Below, one piece after another: positions 48,035 through 57,077 of a stretch of 64,000 nt of DNA (the stretch's first letter is position 1; each line of letters starts with the position of its first letter). The DNA is taken from IMG/VR virus record IMGVR_UViG_2706796644_000001, positions 96,001 through 160,000 of that record; one strand, 5' to 3'. The notes below the pieces were generated by a model, which was given only the letters and a program-made list of their open reading frames with translations, was not told where the DNA came from and ran no database searches. The stretch is from a virus. Lineage: Duplodnaviria > Caudoviricetes. A program made the translations under genes and the position numbers.

Positions 48035-48655
48035 ATGTCTCTTTACGGGAGAACTGACAGTAACGCAAATAAGACTCAAGCAGGACTCGCCCGTGGTAAC
48101 GGCAGTGGCTCTGCTACCGAGACTATTGTTTTTATTGACGCTGCTGAAGCAGCATTGAACGAGAATGCTTCTCGTGGTATCACTGGCCCTGGTTGGTGGG
48201 CATATAGGACCTACACCGATGGCGCTGGTAATACTCGTCACAAGGCAGAGTGTCTTGCCTTCATCAGCAACCCTGATGGCACTGAGTCACAAGCAGATGA
48301 CACGATTGCAGCAGACGTTGCATCGGCAGTAACCATCTCTGCACAACCTGCAGCATCTACTAGTTCCTCTGGCGCTGGTACATTCACCCTTAGCACTTCT
48401 ACTACAGGAACACCTGGTGCTCTTGCTTATGTCTGGCAGCGTCAGACTGCAGCAGCAACTACCCGTTGGGTTAACATTGCAGCAGACACTGACACTGGTG
48501 TAACCTATGCAGACTTCACTACTGCGACTCTGGCATACAGTAGTCTCGGTGATGATTCACTTGACGGTTATAAGTACCGTGTCAAGATCACCTCTGCAGG
48601 TGGTACTGAAGAAGTCATCTCTGACGGCGCTGCAACCCTGACCTTTAGTAGCTGA
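48035..48655 (+). CDS. Probable virion structural protein with C-terminal Ig-like domain
   Basis: Late promoter; PGWW...RHKAE; Ig pattern ISAQP...YVWQ...DGYKYRVKI...AATLT. Confidence 0.7.
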   Translation: MSLYGRTDSNANKTQAGLARGNGSGSATETIVFIDAAEAALNENASRGITGPGWWAYRTYTDGAGNTRHKAECLAFISNPDGTESQADDTIAADVASAVTISAQPAASTSSSGAGTFTLSTSTTGTPGALAYVWQRQTAAATTRWVNIAADTDTGVTYADFTTATLAYSSLGDDSLDGYKYRVKITSAGGTEEVISDGAATLTFSS

Positions 48656-48658
48656 TAA

Positions 48659-49021
48659 ATGAAATTTGGTGAACTGAACGAAGACAACAGCGTCATGTTC
48701 GCCATCAAGCATTATGAAAATCCTCAATCAGTAACGAGAGAAGATTTTGATGATGATATGAAACGCTTTAAGTACCTCAAGAGATTATTCAAGAGGTACT
48801 TACGTGGGGGTAGTCTAAGATCCCATCTTATTATCAATCACTTGGTCATACTTTATAATGTATTTGATGACGCCGCGACCCCACTATTATTTTTCAAATT
48901 AGAAAAAGAATATTGGCCACTACTTAAAGCATTTTTATATTGGATGAATAGGTATCCAGAATGCTGGATGGAATCTCTGGAAGAAGATCCAGACATAAAA
49001 GAAATACTAGATAAGATATGA
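48659..49021 (+). CDS. Conserved T4-like hypothetical protein
   Basis: FAIKHYENP, RFKYLKRL, LIINHLVILYNVF. Confidence 0.8.
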   Translation: MKFGELNEDNSVMFAIKHYENPQSVTREDFDDDMKRFKYLKRLFKRYLRGGSLRSHLIINHLVILYNVFDDAATPLLFFKLEKEYWPLLKAFLYWMNRYPECWMESLEEDPDIKEILDKI

Positions 49022-49845
49022 TTAACGAGTCACCTACAATGAGTGCTGGTACTGGCGGGTTTAGTGGTAGTTCTGCTGCTACTGGACCAGTTGCTGGGTT
49101 TGATCCTGTATTAGATTTTCGTAAGAAAGCCTTCTCTAAGATTAAAGATCAACCTTATGTTAGTGAGTATCGTAAGCAGAAAAAGAATAAGAAGACAGTA
49201 AAGGAGAATGTTTCCAGACTGTTGCAGTATAAAGTAACGATCCCTGAGGTCGGTGAGACTATCATCTATGCTAGTTCCCCATCAGAATTGAGACAGAAGA
49301 TGCGTCTTCTTATCAATCCTCGTTACAGGGGCGATGTTGATATTGAAAGAGTATTCCCTGGAGCAGCTGCTAAGTTTTATATGGACAAGAGAATGAAGGC
49401 TATGAGAAATATTCCTGAGGAAGCAGATCCAGCTGATGCTCAAATGAAAAAGCAACTTGCAACGAAGCAAGTACAGCAAAAGATTGCGATTGAGAAAAAG
49501 AAGATCGCTCTTAAGAAGCAGGAAATGCAAAAAGCATTGTCAACTAAAGTAGCATCTATGAAACGTGCTGCTTCTGGTGGTGCAGGACCTAAGTCTGCTA
49601 CTGAATCATTCACACCTTCTGGTAATCTTGCTAAGATTAGTCAGTGTGCTGAAAATAAATGTGCTGGTGCTATCAAGTTTCTCAATGGAGAAGAGTTTGA
49701 AGTAACTCCAGATGTTGCTAGTAAAGTAATGCAGGGGTTTGGTTCCCTGTCACAAAAAAGAAACCAATCAAAGTTTAGTAATGCCTGTGCAGAATCTCAA
49801 GATTCTTTCAACCGTGTCTTGTCCTTCTGTAGCGGAGATAACTAG
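49018..49845 (+). CDS. Hypothetical protein starting with a copy of the gp23 N-arm
   Basis: Residues 1-32 are 26/32 identical to gp23 residues 49-80. Confidence 0.8.
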   Translation: MINESPTMSAGTGGFSGSSAATGPVAGFDPVLDFRKKAFSKIKDQPYVSEYRKQKKNKKTVKENVSRLLQYKVTIPEVGETIIYASSPSELRQKMRLLINPRYRGDVDIERVFPGAAAKFYMDKRMKAMRNIPEEADPADAQMKKQLATKQVQQKIAIEKKKIALKKQEMQKALSTKVASMKRAASGGAGPKSATESFTPSGNLAKISQCAENKCAGAIKFLNGEEFEVTPDVASKVMQGFGSLSQKRNQSKFSNACAESQDSFNRVLSFCSGDN

Positions 49846-50258
49846 TGGCTTTTGGTCTTGGAAAACTAAACACTCTTGAAGCAAAATTAGATATTTATGA
49901 AGACCTATCCAAGGAGATGTTGGATAAGTTAGAACGCGCCGTAGATAGAATCTCCGAGAATAGTAATAGAGTTGCTATTATGTTGGAGCGTCATGAGAAT
50001 CGCTTGGATGAAAGTGATAGAACTCATGATACCTTAATGAAACTTCTATCAAAAGTTGAACAAAAGATTGATGATGTTGAAAATAAGGTAGGAGAAATTC
50101 AAAAATTTAGGTGGGTGACTGTAGGAATTGCCGTTGCTGTTGCGACAGTTTTCCAACTGTCAACACCCCTCTCCAGGTTGACACCATCTGATGTAGGTTC
50201 ATCGCAGGTGTCGTATGAACTACATAGAGACCAAGTACGTCAACCTTCTGTCGTCTAG
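49845..50258 (+). CDS. Coiled-coil protein with C-terminal TM
   Basis: Heptad pattern, then KFRWVTVGIAVAVA. Confidence 0.7.
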   Translation: MAFGLGKLNTLEAKLDIYEDLSKEMLDKLERAVDRISENSNRVAIMLERHENRLDESDRTHDTLMKLLSKVEQKIDDVENKVGEIQKFRWVTVGIAVAVATVFQLSTPLSRLTPSDVGSSQVSYELHRDQVRQPSVV

Positions 50259-51213
50259 ACTAGACAAGTTTGCACGGAAGAAGGAAGGTCTCTGGAATTT
50301 TAGATGTCCTTACTGCGGTGACAGTAAGAAGTATAAGAACAAAGCACGAGGTTACTTCATTCGCGTGAAGACTGACCTAGTTTTCAAGTGCCATAATTGT
50401 GGTGTCGGTAGATCCTTCTCCAATTTCCTTAAGGATAATTGCATAGATCTGCATGACGATTATGTCATGGAGCGTTATAAGGAGGGACTGACTGGTGCTG
50501 GACGCTACATCAAATCTCCAGAACTTGATTTCAAGACAAGAACTATTAAACGAGTCAAAATGCCTACGGGTTTGACACCCATTTCTTGTCTAAATAATCA
50601 TCACCCTGCAAAGGGATATCTTCTTGGGCGTGGTATCCCAGAAAAGTTTTATGATAAACTTTTCTACGTTGAAAAATTTCAAGAGTGGGTCAACAAACAA
50701 AAACCAACTTACAGTAATACTAAATTTGAGCACCCAAGAATTATCATTCCGTTGATACAGGATGGGAGTTGGACAGGATTCCAAGGTAGATCTTTGGACT
50801 CTAAAGATAAGATGAGATACATTACTATCATTCTTGACGATAGTAAACCCAAGATCTTTGGACTTGACGACACTGATAAAGATTCCACAATCTACATTAC
50901 AGAAGGACCATTTGATAGTCTATTCATAGACAATTCAATTGCGATGGTTGGAGCAGACATTGATTGGTCCTTCTGTAGTGATAGAAATGTTGTCTTTGTT
51001 TATGATAATGAACCACGCAACGCAGAAATTATTGCCCGAATGGTCAAGGTCATAGATAGAGGATACAAAATTGTAATCTGGCCAGATGTAGTTGAGGAAA
51101 AGGACATAAACGAAATGATAAATGCTGGACACAATGTCCTAGACCTGGTAGAATCTAACATACATCAGGGTTTATCCGCCACATTAACACTTAACAATTG
51201 GAAGCGAGTATGA
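50215..51213 (+). CDS. gp61: DNA primase
   Basis: CPYCGDS...CHNC zinc finger, QGR, TOPRIM EGPFD, DNEP, KDIN. Confidence 0.96.
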   Translation: MNYIETKYVNLLSSRLDKFARKKEGLWNFRCPYCGDSKKYKNKARGYFIRVKTDLVFKCHNCGVGRSFSNFLKDNCIDLHDDYVMERYKEGLTGAGRYIKSPELDFKTRTIKRVKMPTGLTPISCLNNHHPAKGYLLGRGIPEKFYDKLFYVEKFQEWVNKQKPTYSNTKFEHPRIIIPLIQDGSWTGFQGRSLDSKDKMRYITIILDDSKPKIFGLDDTDKDSTIYITEGPFDSLFIDNSIAMVGADIDWSFCSDRNVVFVYDNEPRNAEIIARMVKVIDRGYKIVIWPDVVEEKDINEMINAGHNVLDLVESNIHQGLSATLTLNNWKRV

Positions 51214-53492
51214 GTAACGGTTTTTCAGTAAAGAAACGAGATGGTACTGTAGAGAAAATCAATCTTGATAAAGTACATGTCATGGTTGAACATGCATGTA
51301 AAGGATTGGCGGGAGTATCTGAATCTCAAGTAGAGATGAATGCTAACCTTCAGTTCTTTGATGGTATTGCAACTAAAGATGTTCAAGAGATTCTTGTTCG
51401 TTCTGCTAATGATCTGATTAGCCTTGACGCTCCCAACTATCAATTCGTTGCTGCTCGCTTGCTTCTGTTTGGTCTTCGTAAGAGTGTCTACAAGGGGCAT
51501 CCAGAACAAAGACCTACTCTGCTAGAACAACTGCGTTCGGGCGCTTCTAAGGGCATCTACGACCCCTCTCTGGAGGCAATGTATACCGAAGAAGAGTGGG
51601 GTATCATGGATGGGTTTATTGATCACGAGCGTGATTACATCTTTACCTATGCTGGTCTTCGTCAGGTAGTGGATAAATACCTAGTGCAGGATCGTAGCAC
51701 TGGTGAGGTATATGAAACTCCACAGTTCATGTACATTCTCATTGCCGCTACATTGTTTAAGCAATATGATACTTCCCGAAGATTAGATTATGTCAGAAGA
51801 TACTACAACGCAATCAGCAAGCACCGAATCAACATCCCAACGCCAGTCATGGCAGGAGTGCGAACGCCACTGCGGCAATTTGCAAGTTGTGTTCTGGTTG
51901 ATGTTGATGACACCCTCAACAGTATCTTTACTAGCGATATGGCTATTGGCCGATATGTCGCTCAACGCGCAGGCATCGGTATCAACGCAGGCAGAATCCG
52001 TGGTATCAACAGTAAGATCCGAGATGGAGAAGTTCAACACACAGGTGTTGTCCCATTCCTCAAAAAATTTGAAAGCACTGTCAGATGTTGTACTCAGAAT
52101 GGCATCCGAGGTGGATCAGCAACTGTCCACTTCCCAATCTGGCACCAAGAAATAGAGGACATCATTGTTCTCAAGAACAATAAAGGTACGGAGGATAATC
52201 GTGTCCGAAAACTTGACTACTCAATCCAAATTTCAAAACTTTTCTACGAACGTTTCATCCAGAATGGAGAGATTAGCCTCTTCTCACCGCATGACGTACC
52301 AGGTCTCTATGATGCTTTTGGTACTGATGCATTTGACGCTTGCTATGTGGACTATGAATCAGATCAGTCTATTCCAAGAAAGACTATCGGTGCTCAAGAA
52401 CTAATTCTTGACATCCTAAAAGAGAGAGCAGAGACTGGTCGTCTCTATCTGATGAACATTGACCACTGTAATACACACTCCTCATTCAAAGACAAGGTTA
52501 ACATGAGTAACCTGTGTCAAGAGATTACACTACCAACAGATCCTCTAGATCATATTGATGGTGATGGTGAGATTGCTTTGTGTATTTTGTCTGCTATTAA
52601 CGTAGGTAAAATCAAAAAGATTGATGACCTAGAAGAACTATGTGACCTTGCTGTCCGTGGTCTTGAGGAACTAATTGATTACCAAGAGTACCCTGTACTT
52701 GCTGCTCAACGTAGCACACTCGCCAGACGTTCTTTAGGTATTGGTTACATTGGACTCGCACATTACCTTGCTAAGAATGGTGAGCATTACGATGATCCCG
52801 AAGCATGGAAACTCGTCCACGAGTTGACTGAAGCATTCCAATTCTTCCTTCTTCGTGCATCTAATGCTATTGCTATAGAGAAGGGTCCATGTGAATACTT
52901 TAACCGTACTAAATATTCTGATGGCATTCTTCCAATTGATTCCTACAAGGAAGATGTTGACGAAATTGTAGTACCAGAGTACAAGTATGATTGGGATACT
53001 TTACGGATTGCTATCAAGGAATTCGGATTACGACATTCAACACTGTCGGCACAAATGCCTTCAGAAAGCAGTTCCGTTGTGTCAAATGCAACCAACGGAA
53101 TTGAGCCCCCGCGTGACTACCTGTCCGTTAAAAAATCTAAAAAAGGACCTCTAAAACAGATCGTTCCTCAATACACTACACTAAAAAATAACTACACTCT
53201 TCTATGGGAGATGACGAGTAACAGAGGTTACATTAACATTGTTGCTATAATGCAGAAGTTCTTTGACCAGGCAATCTCTGGCAACTGGAGTTATAATCCA
53301 TTGAACTATCCCAATAATGAAGTTCCAGTATCCGAGATGGCAAAAGATCTCCTCACTACTTACAAGTATGGATGGAAAACTTCTTACTATCAAAACACAT
53401 ACGATAATAAAAAAGATGGTGATGAGATTGAAACATTGATCAACGATATACTTACTACCGAGGAAGACGACTGTGACAGCTGCAAAGTTTGA
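51210..53492 (+). CDS. nrdA: Ribonucleotide reductase class Ia alpha subunit
   Basis: ATP cone VKKRDG, PTP, SC, SNLCQE, MPSESSS, KTSYY, C-terminal CDSC. Confidence 0.98.
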   Translation: MSNGFSVKKRDGTVEKINLDKVHVMVEHACKGLAGVSESQVEMNANLQFFDGIATKDVQEILVRSANDLISLDAPNYQFVAARLLLFGLRKSVYKGHPEQRPTLLEQLRSGASKGIYDPSLEAMYTEEEWGIMDGFIDHERDYIFTYAGLRQVVDKYLVQDRSTGEVYETPQFMYILIAATLFKQYDTSRRLDYVRRYYNAISKHRINIPTPVMAGVRTPLRQFASCVLVDVDDTLNSIFTSDMAIGRYVAQRAGIGINAGRIRGINSKIRDGEVQHTGVVPFLKKFESTVRCCTQNGIRGGSATVHFPIWHQEIEDIIVLKNNKGTEDNRVRKLDYSIQISKLFYERFIQNGEISLFSPHDVPGLYDAFGTDAFDACYVDYESDQSIPRKTIGAQELILDILKERAETGRLYLMNIDHCNTHSSFKDKVNMSNLCQEITLPTDPLDHIDGDGEIALCILSAINVGKIKKIDDLEELCDLAVRGLEELIDYQEYPVLAAQRSTLARRSLGIGYIGLAHYLAKNGEHYDDPEAWKLVHELTEAFQFFLLRASNAIAIEKGPCEYFNRTKYSDGILPIDSYKEDVDEIVVPEYKYDWDTLRIAIKEFGLRHSTLSAQMPSESSSVVSNATNGIEPPRDYLSVKKSKKGPLKQIVPQYTTLKNNYTLLWEMTSNRGYINIVAIMQKFFDQAISGNWSYNPLNYPNNEVPVSEMAKDLLTTYKYGWKTSYYQNTYDNKKDGDEIETLINDILTTEEDDCDSCKV

Positions 53493-54633
53493 AGTAGAAG
53501 GCATGACCGTATTTAACAAGAACAAAGTAGACACAAAGAAACAACCGATGTTCTTTGGTCAACCATTGGGAGTCCAGAGATATGACTCCTACAAGTATCC
53601 TGTGTTTGATAAACTAACGCAGCAACAACTAGGTTATTTTTGGAGACCAGAAGAAGTATCGTTACAAAAAGATCGTGCAGATTACCAAACTCTATCGGCA
53701 GAGCAGAAGCACATCTTCACTAGTAACCTTAAATACCAAATCATGTTGGATAGCGTACAAGGGCGCGGTCCTGGGATGGCTTTTATCCCTTATTGTTCAC
53801 TCCCTGAGTTAGAAGCATGCATGAATGTGTGGCAGTTTATGGAGATGGTCCATAGTCGCTCTTACACATACATCATTAAGAATGTGTATGCAGATCCTAG
53901 TGATGTGTTTGATACTATCTTGGATGATGAGAAGGTAATGGAACGTGCATCATCAGTCACTGAAGGGTACGATACTTTTATCAATCAGGCTCATCAGTAT
54001 GACAATGGAACCATGTGGGAACTTGCAAAGGAAGGTCACTATGCAGGGCAGCTTGAACGTCGTGAACTGAAACGTTCACTATATCGTGCAGTTGCTAATG
54101 TAAATATCCTTGAGGGTATTCGTTTCTATGTCAGTTTTGCATGTAGTTTTGGGTTTGGTGAACTTAAAATCATGGAAGGTAGTGCAAAAATCCTTTCTTT
54201 GATTGCTCGCGATGAGTCACAGCACTTAGTGATCACCCAGAATATCTTAAAAAACTGGAAGAATGGTGATGATCCTGAGATGGAACAGATTGCAAAGGAA
54301 GAACGACCCTATGTAATGGACATGTTTAAGAAAACTGTCAACGAAGAGAAGCAGTGGGCACATTATTTGTTCCAGAATGGTAGCATGATTGGATTGAATG
54401 AGAGACTACTTGGTATGTACGTTGAGTGGATTGCTAACCGTCGTATGAAAGCGATTGGTTTTGATCCTCTGTATGACATTCCAGCAAAGAACAACCCACT
54501 GCCATGGACTGAGTACTGGTTGAACTCTAAGGGTCAACAGAACGCTCCACAGGAGACGGAGATTGAATCCTATGTTATCGGTGGTATCACGCAGGACGTT
54601 GAAGCAAATACATTTGCAGGGTTTAGTTTGTGA
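53473..54633 (+). CDS. nrdB: Ribonucleotide reductase beta subunit
   Basis: FWRPEE, LDSVQGR, EMVHSRSY, LEGIRFY, RDESQH, APQETEIESY. Confidence 0.98.
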   Translation: MTAAKFEVEGMTVFNKNKVDTKKQPMFFGQPLGVQRYDSYKYPVFDKLTQQQLGYFWRPEEVSLQKDRADYQTLSAEQKHIFTSNLKYQIMLDSVQGRGPGMAFIPYCSLPELEACMNVWQFMEMVHSRSYTYIIKNVYADPSDVFDTILDDEKVMERASSVTEGYDTFINQAHQYDNGTMWELAKEGHYAGQLERRELKRSLYRAVANVNILEGIRFYVSFACSFGFGELKIMEGSAKILSLIARDESQHLVITQNILKNWKNGDDPEMEQIAKEERPYVMDMFKKTVNEEKQWAHYLFQNGSMIGLNERLLGMYVEWIANRRMKAIGFDPLYDIPAKNNPLPWTEYWLNSKGQQNAPQETEIESYVIGGITQDVEANTFAGFSL

Positions 54634-54712
54634 TTAGTGGTATATTTGTATTTTCTTTTATTGCATTACTGTGCTTTGGAATGCATATCACTTGGCCATT
54701 ACCATATAGAAA

Positions 54713-55276
54713 ATGATTAATGTTTATGAATGTGAAGAGTCTATCATTTCTGGAATGGTCAGTCTCTTCCGTGAAGTTAAAGCGACAGGTAAAGCAATTA
54801 AACCTGGAACTGTAGGACAGAATAAAGTGAGAGAGGACTACAAAAAATGTAGTGATCTATTTTTCAATGATATTCCTGATAGTAAAATTGAATACTCCTC
54901 ATCATATAAAGACGTGGAGTATCAGGAACACTTGATGGATTGTATAAAAGACTATAGTGACAAGTATCTTTTTGATGAACCTCTAGATTTCCATAGTCAT
55001 CCTAAGTACCAGTGGTACAAACCAGGAGAGGGATTTTATGCAGAGCACTTTGATGCTCTAGGACCTGAGCAAGATAGAGTAGTTGCGTTTATTACATATC
55101 TAAATACTGTTACTGATGGAGGCGGCACCCACTTTGTGTGGCAGGATCAAACAGTAGATGCAGTTGCAGGTAAAACTGTACTGTTTCCCGCAAGTTATAC
55201 TCACCGCCACAAAGGAGTCGTCTCCGAAACACAAGAAAAACTAATTATTACGGGTTGGTTTAGATGGAAGAGTTAA
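54713..55276 (+). CDS. 2OG-Fe(II) oxygenase
   Basis: HFD, TYLN, GGGT.F, FPASYTHRHKG, K.IITGW. Confidence 0.9.
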   Translation: MINVYECEESIISGMVSLFREVKATGKAIKPGTVGQNKVREDYKKCSDLFFNDIPDSKIEYSSSYKDVEYQEHLMDCIKDYSDKYLFDEPLDFHSHPKYQWYKPGEGFYAEHFDALGPEQDRVVAFITYLNTVTDGGGTHFVWQDQTVDAVAGKTVLFPASYTHRHKGVVSETQEKLIITGWFRWKS

Positions 55277-55446
55277 AACAGAACGGTCCTCTGAGCGAAG
55301 AGTTCAGAATCAAAGCCGAAAATAAATTTGATGAGTACCTGTCAGAGTTTGATGAAGGTCCTCTTATGGATGAAGGACTACAGTATCTCTGGGAGCAGGG
55401 CAAAAAGAACAATGTTAAGAAAGACACACACAAAAGTGATAAATAG
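55264..55446 (+). CDS. Hypothetical protein
   Basis: ORF overlaps the upstream stop. Confidence 0.5.
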   Translation: MEELKQNGPLSEEFRIKAENKFDEYLSEFDEGPLMDEGLQYLWEQGKKNNVKKDTHKSDK

Positions 55447-55472
55447 TATTACTGGGTCTATACTAGGTCCTA

Positions 55473-55511
55473 CGTTCATCCCTTCGGGGACGCAAGTAAG
55501 TCGCGGAACGG
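55473..55511 (+). ncRNA. Downstream-peptide (glutamine-II) riboswitch-like aptamer 1
   Basis: CGTTCA-TCCC-TTCG-GGGA-CGCAA...GGAACGG with P1 CGTTC/GAACG; upstream of a DUF4278-type peptide. Confidence 0.75.
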
Positions 55512-55513
55512 AG

Positions 55514-55693
55514 CGTTCATCCCATGCTTGATATACTTCTGTATACAACCCTCACCTGTGCTCAGACAGACGCAATTATAATGCGGATGCGAAAGTACGA
55601 ACATCTTGACACTGAGTCAAAGATTGAATTGGTTGAGGTCATGAAGGAATCAAATCCTGAATGTTATTGGGACGCAAACGACTAAAGGAACGG
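55514..55693 (+). ncRNA. Downstream-peptide riboswitch-like aptamer 2, with a 145-nt protein-coding loop
   Basis: CGTTCATCCC (55514-55523) ... GGGACGCAAACGACTAAAGGAACGG (55669-55693). Confidence 0.65.
55524..55685 (+). CDS. 53-aa protein nested in aptamer 2 (MLDILLYTTLTCAQTD...PECYWDAND), not in ORF track
   Basis: GGAG at 55510-55513, ATG at 55524, open to TAA at 55683-55685. Confidence 0.7.
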   Translation: MLDILLYTTLTCAQTDAIIMRMRKYEHLDTESKIELVEVMKESNPECYWDAND

Positions 55694-55724
55694 ATTAAAA
55701 TCCAACTACTTTAGGAGTTCACAA

Positions 55725-55892
55725 ATGAATACACTTCAAATGGTCAAGAAGCAGATCAATAAGGCATCTGCATTGCACAATGCACAGATTAGTCACACTG
55801 CTTACCGTGGTGTTGAGTATACTACACGTTGTGTAGATAACAAAGAGACACATGGTACATTCTGTTATCGTGGTCAGACCTACGCCAAATAG
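55725..55892 (+). CDS. DUF4278-type downstream peptide (55 aa), not in ORF track
   Basis: AGGAG RBS; two YRG repeats (AYRGVEY, CYRGQTY). Confidence 0.8.
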   Translation: MNTLQMVKKQINKASALHNAQISHTAYRGVEYTTRCVDNKETHGTFCYRGQTYAK

Positions 55893-55912
55893 ATGAAGTA
55901 GAACGTAATACA

Positions 55913-55940
55913 AAGAGGGGTTTAATGCCCCTCTTTTTTT
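55913..55940 (+). terminator. Intrinsic terminator
   Basis: AAGAGGGGT-TTAAT-GCCCCTCTT with T run. Confidence 0.88.
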
Positions 55941-56017
55941 GTCTTTATTTGAAGATAAACCTAGTTATCGTAGTAGGTCTTGCTATACTAAATAAGACAA
56001 CTACGCACAGAGGTGCC

Positions 56018-56662
56018 ATGAAATTGTTCTTGGACTGCTCTGACGCTGAGCTTATTGCTCGCCTACATGAAACTGGATTAATTGATGGGGTAACTACTAA
56101 CCCCACATTGATGAAGAAATCAGGTAGAGATCCAATAGAAGTTATCAAAGAAATATCTGATATTCTTCCATGGAATTCTTCTGTTTCAGCCGAAGTGGTT
56201 GGTGAAACAGCGGAAGAGATGTTGGAAATGTCAGAAAGTTATTTGGATATAGGATCTAATATTACTATTAAGGTTCCTTGTACTTACGAGGGACTTAAGG
56301 CATGTAAGGAACTGTCAAGTAATGAGATACCAGTCAATGTCACATTGATATTCACTACTGCTCAAGCAATTCTTGCTTCAAAAGCAGGGGCAACGTACGT
56401 GTCTCCTTTTGTTGGTCGTGTGTATGATCAACATTGGGATGGCATTTCTCTAATTGAGGAGATTTCTGATGTCTACGCAACACATTCAGTCAACACTAAA
56501 GTTTTGGCAGCTTCTATTCGTGAAGCCCGCCAAGTATCACATGCATTTAGAGTGGGTGCTGATATATGTACTATTCCAGTTACAACTTTTTACTCTCTAT
56601 ATAAATCAATTCTTACAGACAAAGGTTTAGAAATTTTTAATAACGATTGGGCCAGTATCTAA
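56018..56662 (+). CDS. talC: Transaldolase (TalC type)
   Basis: MKLFLD, GVTTNPTL, IKVP, VNVTLIF, YVSPFVGR, LAASIR. Confidence 0.96.
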   Translation: MKLFLDCSDAELIARLHETGLIDGVTTNPTLMKKSGRDPIEVIKEISDILPWNSSVSAEVVGETAEEMLEMSESYLDIGSNITIKVPCTYEGLKACKELSSNEIPVNVTLIFTTAQAILASKAGATYVSPFVGRVYDQHWDGISLIEEISDVYATHSVNTKVLAASIREARQVSHAFRVGADICTIPVTTFYSLYKSILTDKGLEIFNNDWASI

Positions 56663-56829
56663 TGTCACGCTCAGCTTTGACTAAGGTAGATATGCTAGCG
56701 CATGTCTACAAACTAAAGACCAAGATTCTCCAGGGATCAATGCTAGGTAACTGTTCTCCGAAGGAACAAGATGCTGCTCAGTATGCTCTAAGTAAAGTAC
56801 TAGATATTCTTGATGAGTATCGTATCTAA
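56662..56829 (+). CDS. Hypothetical protein
   Basis: TAATG-coupled to talC. Confidence 0.55.
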   Translation: MSRSALTKVDMLAHVYKLKTKILQGSMLGNCSPKEQDAAQYALSKVLDILDEYRI

Positions 56830-56838
56830 TTAATTACA

Positions 56839-57030
56839 ATGGAAACTCAAACAATGACTAATGTAGATCGCTTTGCAGATTTTACTCCTAGAGAAAAGGA
56901 GATGATCTCAGAAGCAGTATGGAGAAGACAGAGATGTTTCATCGCTGGTGATCGTCAGTACAACGAGTATGGTAGACTGTTAGATGAGGTACTAAAAGAT
57001 ACCACCTATCGTCCTGGAAAGGTAGTATAA
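56839..57030 (+). CDS. Hypothetical protein
   Basis: ORF with RQRCFIAGD motif. Confidence 0.6.
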   Translation: METQTMTNVDRFADFTPREKEMISEAVWRRQRCFIAGDRQYNEYGRLLDEVLKDTTYRPGKVV

Positions 57031-57077
57031 TTTAAATTAAAATCAACCTTCTAAATATTTCAAGAAGGTTGATACTA

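Noticed and set aside
50157-50184. TGTCAAC...GTTGACA inverted repeat before gp61 as a second divergent promoter pair
   Set aside because: There is no acceptable -10 at 16-18 nt spacing on either strand.
55328-55531. ORF-track ORF crossing aptamer 1
   Set aside because: It overlaps ORF 55264-55446, a late promoter and the RNA motif; the RNA and the 55524 ORF explain the sequence better.
55925-56017. N-terminal extension of talC in the ORF track (similarly 17977, 21898, 32314, 42709, 57515)
   Set aside because: The extensions run through terminators, promoters or upstream genes; downstream ATGs match the family N-termini and RBS positions.
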